From Candidatus Anderseniibacteriota bacterium (lineage in GTDB: Bacteria > Patescibacteriota > Andersenbacteria > UBA10190), in contig JAIOOW010000002.1 in the NCBI GenBank assembly GCA_021414205.1, forward strand, positions 18,692-82,691: a stretch of DNA of 64,000 nt, given 5' to 3'. The notes under the pieces are model-generated. The model did no database searches. It was not told where the DNA came from and worked only from the letters and a program-made list of their open reading frames with translations. Position 1 is the first letter of the stretch, and every line of letters starts with the position of its first letter. The position numbers and the translations under genes were made by a program. Of this stretch, positions 58,193-64,000 are shown in pieces.

Positions 58193-58221
58193 CTTATAGC
58201 AAGTCTTGGGGCAAAAGTCAA
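58193..58221 (-). promoter_or_regulatory. Sigma70-type promoter for csrA
   Basis: TTGACT (58221-58216), 17 nt, TATAAG (58198-58193), then a leader hairpin CAAGACGA...TCGTCTTG. Confidence 0.6.
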
Positions 58222-58224
58222 GAC

Positions 58225-59214
58225 CTACCAGTACTGCTCTTTGTTTTCCTTGTAATACGCTACCATGCGGGCAATACCCTCCTTAAGCCCCACAGATGGC
58301 TTCCAGTGCGTTATTTGCTCAATCTTCGTAGTATCAGCAACGTAGTTGCCCGTCTCGTTTTTTTCGTAACTTTCTGGCCACGGAATATACTTTTTCACTC
58401 CGCTGCCAACCTCTGCTAATATCGCGTCCACCATTCCTTCAAAGGTCATACGTTCCTGCGTGCCAATGTTATACACTTCGCCTGCAACACCATACTTCGT
58501 CAGCTCAATAAAAGCGTCCACAATGTCGTCAATATACAGATAATCGCGTTCCTGGCTCCCGTCCCCGAAAATAGTAATTTCCTTTCCTTCCATTGCTTGC
58601 CGAACGAACCACCCTACGATGGAGTATTTATTATGCTTCATTTGCTGTCCTGGGCCGTACGGATTCGGAATACGAACAGAAACCGTATCCATACCAAATG
58701 TATGCGCATAATATTTGTAATATTTTTCTGCAAGCAGCTTATGAATACCGTACAAAGAGAGTGGTTCCGTAGGATGCGTTTCCGCGACAGGCGTTGTAAG
58801 AATCCTTCCGTAGACCATGCGCGAAGATGAAAACAAAATTCGAGCCTGCGGAGCATGCGCTCGAGCAGATTCTAAGACGGTAAGATGCCCTTTCCCGTTA
58901 AAATCTAAATCAGTAAACGGATCATCTTTTGAATCAATATAACTAATTTGTGCTGCAAAATTGTAAATAATATCCTTGCCAGATACGACCGTATCCATCA
59001 ATTCTTTATTACGGATATCTCCTTCGATAAACTCTATCTTATCTTCAATGGGTTTAAGATTAAAGGCATTCCCACCATACAGAGGAAACATTGCATCAAG
59101 AATCGTCACATGCGCTCCTAGCAACACAAGTTTCTTTGCCAACGAGCTACCCAAAAAGCCGGCGCCGCCGGTAATTAAAACATTTTTATTCTTAAAATAA
59201 TTATCGTTTTCCAT
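58225..59214 (-). CDS. NAD-dependent epimerase/dehydratase
   Basis: 'TGGAGFLG', 'FSSSR', 'YGIHK', 'NPYGP'. Confidence 0.88.
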   Translation of the reverse strand: MENDNYFKNKNVLITGGAGFLGSSLAKKLVLLGAHVTILDAMFPLYGGNAFNLKPIEDKIEFIEGDIRNKELMDTVVSGKDIIYNFAAQISYIDSKDDPFTDLDFNGKGHLTVLESARAHAPQARILFSSSRMVYGRILTTPVAETHPTEPLSLYGIHKLLAEKYYKYYAHTFGMDTVSVRIPNPYGPGQQMKHNKYSIVGWFVRQAMEGKEITIFGDGSQERDYLYIDDIVDAFIELTKYGVAGEVYNIGTQERMTFEGMVDAILAEVGSGVKKYIPWPESYEKNETGNYVADTTKIEQITHWKPSVGLKEGIARMVAYYKENKEQYW

Positions 59215-60343
59215 ACTGATTAATTAATTCATTATACTTGCCCATAATATTCTTCCAATCATACTCAAGCGCATATTCTCGACTCTTTTTACCCATACGA
59301 TCGCGAAGATCGGAATCATCAATAAGCTTCGAAAGCTTCTCTGCAAGATCTTCAACATTATCCCCCATGATCAAATACCCATTCTCCCCTTCATGAACGA
59401 TTTCATTGTTACCGCCCACATTACTTGCGATAACAGGTAATCCGCATCCCATGGCTTCCAAAATAACTGACGGCATGCCTTCAGAAAGAGAAGTCAGCAC
59501 GAAAATATCCGCATATTGGTATGATTTCTCCAACTGATCATACGGAACCATTCCTACATATCGAATTAAATCAGATACGCCCAATTCTTCTGCGAGCATA
59601 TCAAGCTCTTCCCTATATAGCCCGGTACCAACAACCTCCACTTCAAACGGAACCCGTACAAGACTGCGGACCTTTGGCAATGCTCGAACAACACGATGAA
59701 ACCCTTTGCGAGGAATAAGCCTGCCAATAAACAATATTTTAACCTTTGGATTTGCAGGACGATCTATGGGAGCAAACCTGGAAGTTTCCACGCCATTAGG
59801 AATACAAAGGAAATCCGTTTCCGGGTCTGCCTGCTTCGCTAAATCGCGCAGCTCTTCAGAACACACCGATCGAAACGAGGCTCTGCGCCAAATCGTTTTG
59901 AGCAATGGCGTAAGAAGCGGGTACACATGCTTAAATCGCGAAGGGTTTGCATTCGGAATATCGGACCCGCCAAAATATACTCCATACGGAATACCGCGAA
60001 GATACGATAGCACCCATGCAACCCAGCCCGCAGGAACAGCAAAAAATGCGAATACGAAATCAACCTTGTATTTCATCGTAAAAAATACGCTGTATGCAAG
60101 AGCGCTTATCCCAAACGAAACAAGTTCGATCATCGAGCTATAATCCTTATACTTTCGAAGTGCTGGAATACGAATGACAGTTGCTCCGTCAATAATTTCC
60201 CTATGAGGCAAATCTTTGTATCGAGAAGTTATAAGCGTAACAGTGTGTCCATCTGCAACTAAATGCTTAATAGCGTATTTCGTAACAGTAGAGCCCCCTC
60301 CGCCAATTGGCGGAAATTCATTGTTAATAAAAAGAAGATTCAT
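59201..60343 (-). CDS. GT4 glycosyltransferase
   Basis: 'EFPPIGGGG' and 'EGMPSVILEAMGCGLP'. Confidence 0.9.
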   Translation of the reverse strand: MNLLFINNEFPPIGGGGSTVTKYAIKHLVADGHTVTLITSRYKDLPHREIIDGATVIRIPALRKYKDYSSMIELVSFGISALAYSVFFTMKYKVDFVFAFFAVPAGWVAWVLSYLRGIPYGVYFGGSDIPNANPSRFKHVYPLLTPLLKTIWRRASFRSVCSEELRDLAKQADPETDFLCIPNGVETSRFAPIDRPANPKVKILFIGRLIPRKGFHRVVRALPKVRSLVRVPFEVEVVGTGLYREELDMLAEELGVSDLIRYVGMVPYDQLEKSYQYADIFVLTSLSEGMPSVILEAMGCGLPVIASNVGGNNEIVHEGENGYLIMGDNVEDLAEKLSKLIDDSDLRDRMGKKSREYALEYDWKNIMGKYNELINQYGKR

Positions 60344-60346
60344 GCC

Positions 60347-61282
60347 TTAAAACCCTTTAGTGCTTTCAACTGAGTAGGGTTTCTTTTCGGCGTAGTACGT
60401 ATGCGCAACAATATCCGCAAGCACTCCTGAAAGGAGAAATTGAAATCCGAGCAGGACAAGCAATACCGCAAGCAGTGGGGTAGATCGGCCATTTAAACTA
60501 ATTAATTGCAGCACCCACAGCACTCCGAGTGTTCCACCGAGCAGAAATCCCGCACCAATAAACACCACGCCGATACTTCCGAAGAAGTGCATCGGTCGAG
60601 CAGAATATTGAATCCAGAATTTTACGATGAGCAAATCCAAGAACCCTTTCAATTTCTTCCTGATATTATATTTCGTTGTTCCGTATTTGCGCGCATGGTG
60701 ACGAACAACCATTTCGCCAACCTTAAAGCCCTTCCACGCAAGAAGCGCCGTGATGTATCGATGCATTTCTCCGTACAACTCCAAATCTACTAATGCTTCT
60801 TTTTTATACACCTTCAAGGAACATCCTTGGTCGTGAATCTTTTCTCCGGTCACCTTCCTGCGAATCCAGTTTCCGATAACGCTCCCGATCTTCAGCGAGC
60901 TCTTATCCTTCCTATCTTTTCTCCACCCAGAGATAACATCGTACTGTTCATCATGCAATTTCTTAATCATGGCTGGAATATCTTCTGGATCATTTTGCAA
61001 ATCAGCATCCATCACAACTACGATATCGCCCGTTGCAGCAGAAAACCCCGCAGACCAGCCGGCAGTTTGACCAAAACTTCTTCGAAGTTTGATAATTTTT
61101 ACGTGCGAATCAGTATCCGCAATAGCAGAAATAACACCATAGGTATTATCAGTACTCCCATCATCGACAACAATCAGCTCCCATGTCCCACCCATGCCAT
61201 CGAACACCTTTTTCGTAGCCTCATAGAGGGGCTTCATTGATTGCTCTTCGTTATGTGCCGGTACTACGATACTGTAATCCAT
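60347..61282 (-). CDS. GT2 polyprenol-phosphate glycosyltransferase (ArnC/GtrB-like, two C-terminal TM helices)
   Basis: 'VVPAHNEE', 'DDGSTD', 'FGQTA', 'MDADLQNDP', 'LYGEMHR'. Confidence 0.9.
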   Translation of the reverse strand: MDYSIVVPAHNEEQSMKPLYEATKKVFDGMGGTWELIVVDDGSTDNTYGVISAIADTDSHVKIIKLRRSFGQTAGWSAGFSAATGDIVVVMDADLQNDPEDIPAMIKKLHDEQYDVISGWRKDRKDKSSLKIGSVIGNWIRRKVTGEKIHDQGCSLKVYKKEALVDLELYGEMHRYITALLAWKGFKVGEMVVRHHARKYGTTKYNIRKKLKGFLDLLIVKFWIQYSARPMHFFGSIGVVFIGAGFLLGGTLGVLWVLQLISLNGRSTPLLAVLLVLLGFQFLLSGVLADIVAHTYYAEKKPYSVESTKGF

Positions 61283-61289
61283 AATTCGC

Positions 61290-61318
61290 AATTTACGCTA
61301 TAATATATAATTTGTCAA
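61290..61318 (-). promoter_or_regulatory. Sigma70-type promoter, leaderless arrangement
   Basis: TTGACA (61318-61313), 17 nt, TAAATT (61295-61290), 7 nt, ATG at 61282. Confidence 0.7.
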
Positions 61319-62194
61319 CTACTCATTGGCAACTTCCAATAAATACGCTCCGTACCCGCTCTTGAGTAATCCCTGAGCTATTTCTTCTAGCTGCTCTTTT
61401 GTAATATATCCCATTCGATACGCTACCTCCTCAATACACCCTATTTTCAGACCCTGCCGCTGCTCTACAATTTGAACAAAATTGCCCGCTTGCAATAGCG
61501 ATTGATGCGTTCCTGTATCCAACCATGCGGTGCCGCGGCTAAGCACAGATACGTTCAACTTCCCTTGCTGCAAATATTCCAAGTTAACATCAGTGATTTC
61601 ATATTCTCCGCGAGCAGATGGCTGGAGGTTTTCCGCAATCCCAATAACAGTATTGTCATAGAAATACACGCCCGGAACTGCGTAATGAGATTGCGGATGT
61701 TCCGGTTTTTCCTCAATGCTAATTGCCTTACCCGCATCGTCAAACGAAACTACGCCGTATCGCTCAGGGTCAGACACATGGTACGCAAAGATTCTTCCGC
61801 CACCGTTTTCTTCTACTTCCTTTTTTGCATCTTGCAATACTTCCTGAAAATTACTTCCATAAAAAATATTATCCCCGAGTATCAATGCCACGTTATCAGT
61901 ACCTATAAAATCCTTACCCAATACGAAAGCTTGAGCCAATCCGTTCGGTTTTTCTTGAACAACATATGAGAATTTCATGCCAATTTGCGAACCGTCTCCG
62001 AGCAAATTTTCAAACATCGGCAAATCATGGGGAGTGGAAATAATAAGAACCTCCTGTATTCCGGCCAACATTAATGCAGAAAGTGGATAATACACCATCG
62101 GCTTGTCGTATACCGGCATTAACTGCTTACTTATTGCTTTTGTAAGCGGGTACAAACGCGTGCCAGATCCGCCTGCGAGAATTATTCCCTTCAT
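61319..62194 (-). CDS. rfbA: Glucose-1-phosphate thymidylyltransferase
   Basis: '[18 protein letters not shown]', '[12 protein letters not shown]', 'EEKP', 'SARGEYEIT', 'AWLDTGT'. Confidence 0.96.
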   Translation of the reverse strand: MKGIILAGGSGTRLYPLTKAISKQLMPVYDKPMVYYPLSALMLAGIQEVLIISTPHDLPMFENLLGDGSQIGMKFSYVVQEKPNGLAQAFVLGKDFIGTDNVALILGDNIFYGSNFQEVLQDAKKEVEENGGGRIFAYHVSDPERYGVVSFDDAGKAISIEEKPEHPQSHYAVPGVYFYDNTVIGIAENLQPSARGEYEITDVNLEYLQQGKLNVSVLSRGTAWLDTGTHQSLLQAGNFVQIVEQRQGLKIGCIEEVAYRMGYITKEQLEEIAQGLLKSGYGAYLLEVANE

Positions 62195-62811
62195 ACCAGC
62201 TGTCGATACATGTGTGCAAGAGCGATCATCGTAGTAGGAACTGTCCATAATAGTCCGATTCCCAATACAATTGCGCCTGCAATATTTATGAGCACAAGCA
62301 CGATCATAAATCCGAACAGCTGCCATCGGTACCCTTTCGTAATTTCAGCACTTTTCTTCAATGCTTCGACAGGCTGCAATCCCTTATCGATAATAAGATA
62401 CGTATAAAACATCCATGCAATAGCAATCATAATTCCAGGAACGATAAGCAATATCGATCCTAATGCAACGCTTACTCCAAACAAAATACTTGCAATAAGA
62501 TATGGCCAAAAAATAGTATTAATAGACCAGACATCGTCATATTTAAGCTCTTTTTTATCTACGGCCTTCAAACTTATCTTCATTACGCCCAATCGGATAT
62601 ACGCTGAAATCAATGCGCCTATAATACCTCCGATTAATCCCAGACCAGCTGCGCTAGTGTGATAATCATGACCGAAAGATCCGCCAAGCATTCTCGGGAC
62701 CAGGCTGCCGCCAATAAAAAGAATCGCCATGATTCCTACAAAGAATAAGAAATTGCTCGTAGTAGTTTTCCATCCGTATGCTATTGCCTCCTTTGGTTGT
62801 AGTGTTTTCAT
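62191..62811 (-). CDS. Integral membrane protein (DUF975/YciC-like)
   Basis: 5-6 TM, 'LLIVPGI', '[12 protein letters not shown]'. Confidence 0.75.
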   Translation of the reverse strand: MKTLQPKEAIAYGWKTTTSNFLFFVGIMAILFIGGSLVPRMLGGSFGHDYHTSAAGLGLIGGIIGALISAYIRLGVMKISLKAVDKKELKYDDVWSINTIFWPYLIASILFGVSVALGSILLIVPGIMIAIAWMFYTYLIIDKGLQPVEALKKSAEITKGYRWQLFGFMIVLVLINIAGAIVLGIGLLWTVPTTMIALAHMYRQLV

Positions 62812-62827
62812 ACAAACACTATATCAC

Positions 62828-63817
62828 TTAGGCCCCAATGTGCCTATGGGGAGCCAAATAATCTTGAATATACTCAGCAATAGCATCTTCTAGAGCATAA
62901 TTTTCTGATATGTCAAATCCCGCACTGGCAAGCTTGCTCGTATCTGCTTGGGTAAAATATTGATACTGGTGCTTGATATGCTCTGGCATATCTATAAATT
63001 CAATTTTTTCGGGCATAGCACTTGCCGCAAACATTGCTCGCGCAACATCCAGCCATGAACGCGCCTTCCCAGTACCCACGTTATACACGCCACCAATCTC
63101 CTTATGATCCAAGAAAAACAACACTGCACGCACTGCATCTTTCACATAAATGAAGTCTCGCTTCTGTTCTCCGTCTCCATACTTCTTTTCATATGACTTA
63201 AATAACGTCATTTCTTTTCCACTTGCAACATCCGGATACTTTTTCGCAACCACGCTCATCATTTCTTCTTTATGCCACTCGTTCGGCCCGAATACGTTAA
63301 AGAATCGAAGGCCCACGGCTTCATTCAAAAATCTGCCGTCGCGCGCCCAAATATCTACAAGCAATTTCGACTTGCCATATAAGTTTAAAGGCACCAGCTT
63401 ATCGAATAATTTTTCATCATCATCGTATCCGTTCTCGCCATTACCATACGTTGCTGCACTAGATGCATAAATACAGCGAACATTATGGGACTGGCACCAC
63501 CTAATAATATCTTTCGAATATTCTACGTTGTTATCTTCTAAATAGCTCCAATCCGTTTCAGTAGTAGAACTGCACGCACCCATATGAATAATCGCTTCAA
63601 TATTTTGATTATCAAAATCTCCTGCCAGTAATTGCTCACGAAATTCTGCAATGCCGATCATCTGATCGTATTGCAAATGCGCAATATTATCTTCCTTCTC
63701 ATCATGATCAACATCATCAACATCATCAACAATAATAATATCTTCACGCCCACGCGCATTTAATTCCGCAACAATTGCACTTCCGATAAATCCCGCCCCG
63801 CCGGTAACAATAATCAT
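62828..63817 (-). CDS. hldD: ADP-L-glycero-D-manno-heptose 6-epimerase
   Basis: 'MIIVTGGAGFIGS', 'HMGACSSTTE', 'YASSAATYG', 'PLNLYGKSK', 'YQYFTQAD'. Confidence 0.93.
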   Translation of the reverse strand: MIIVTGGAGFIGSAIVAELNARGREDIIIVDDVDDVDHDEKEDNIAHLQYDQMIGIAEFREQLLAGDFDNQNIEAIIHMGACSSTTETDWSYLEDNNVEYSKDIIRWCQSHNVRCIYASSAATYGNGENGYDDDEKLFDKLVPLNLYGKSKLLVDIWARDGRFLNEAVGLRFFNVFGPNEWHKEEMMSVVAKKYPDVASGKEMTLFKSYEKKYGDGEQKRDFIYVKDAVRAVLFFLDHKEIGGVYNVGTGKARSWLDVARAMFAASAMPEKIEFIDMPEHIKHQYQYFTQADTSKLASAGFDISENYALEDAIAEYIQDYLAPHRHIGA

Positions 63818-63999
63818 AGCGCTTTAATTTTTTCAATTATTTCACTTGTAGACAAATTCGGTCGGCGTTTCACTACGTATGCAGTAGCGCCAACAGCTTG
63901 CATTGCAGGGTATTCGATCCACGATTCTGCTTGGCCATGATCGTCACCGTTTACATGAACATTCGGCTTAATTGCTGGCAAGAATGATCCGTGCGGCTC
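63814..63999 (-). CDS. C-terminus of an HldC/RfaE-II-like adenylyl/cytidylyltransferase (5'-truncated by the window edge)
   Basis: Translated by hand: EPHGSFLPAIKPNVHVNGDDHG...PNLSTSEIIEKIKAL*; ATGA-coupled to hldD. Confidence 0.75.
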   Translation of the reverse strand, partial: EPHGSFLPAIKPNVHVNGDDHGQAESWIEYPAMQAVGATAYVVKRRPNLSTSEIIEKIKAL

Positions 64000-64000
64000 T

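Noticed and set aside
57901-58419. 172-aa plus-strand ORF
   Set aside because: Antisense shadow of csrA and the epimerase 3' end, with no recognisable motif or start signal.
199-63470. Numerous 60-180 aa ORFs nested within or antisense to the main genes
   Set aside because: They overlap well-supported CDSs and show no family motifs or expression signals.
1-64000. CRISPR arrays, tRNA/rRNA, transposases, integrases, reverse transcriptases, integron attC sites
   Set aside because: None seen. Intergenic spaces are very short, and the cassette hairpins lack attC RYYYAAC/GTTRRRY ends and look like terminators.

Overview
This 64-kb window is densely coded. About 50 kb is one cell-surface glycosylation region, followed by mreB, murA, a PEGA-domain gene, csrA and more NDP-sugar genes (rfbA, hldD, and a truncated HldC/RfaE-II-like gene). 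The region holds about 12 polytopic GT-C/YfhO/ArnT-like membrane proteins, about 14 soluble or GT2-type glycosyltransferases (GT2, GT4, GT9, GT-B), two Wzx-like flippases, two deacetylases, two methyltransferases, AsnB and several SDR epimerases. The compaction, gene content and start-proximal -10 boxes suggest a Patescibacteria (CPR)-type genome using code 11; this is inference. I saw no rRNA, tRNA, CRISPR, transposase or integrase. Main observations: (1) There appear to be two expression grammars. Resident genes look leaderless, with a -10 box 6-10 nt before the ATG and overlapping bidirectional -10 boxes. Five stand-alone cassettes (two orphans, an unannotated 39-aa membrane peptide, a degenerate Nudix protein, csrA) each have a TTGACA/T promoter, a leader with a boxA-like motif, and usually an SD-like tract and a terminator; two share an identical ACGATTGGTT near +1. 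(2) A recurrent extracytoplasmic beta-rich module occurs in six proteins, fused to GT-Cs or free-standing. (3) An isomerase/epimerase/nucleotidyltransferase-kinase/phosphatase/methyltransferase/GT2/flippase cluster probably makes an unusual activated sugar. (4) A REP/RPE-like palindrome is inserted in frame in a GT-C gene. (5) MurA has Asp in place of the fosfomycin-target Cys. All product calls come from recognising motifs by eye; no database search was run.
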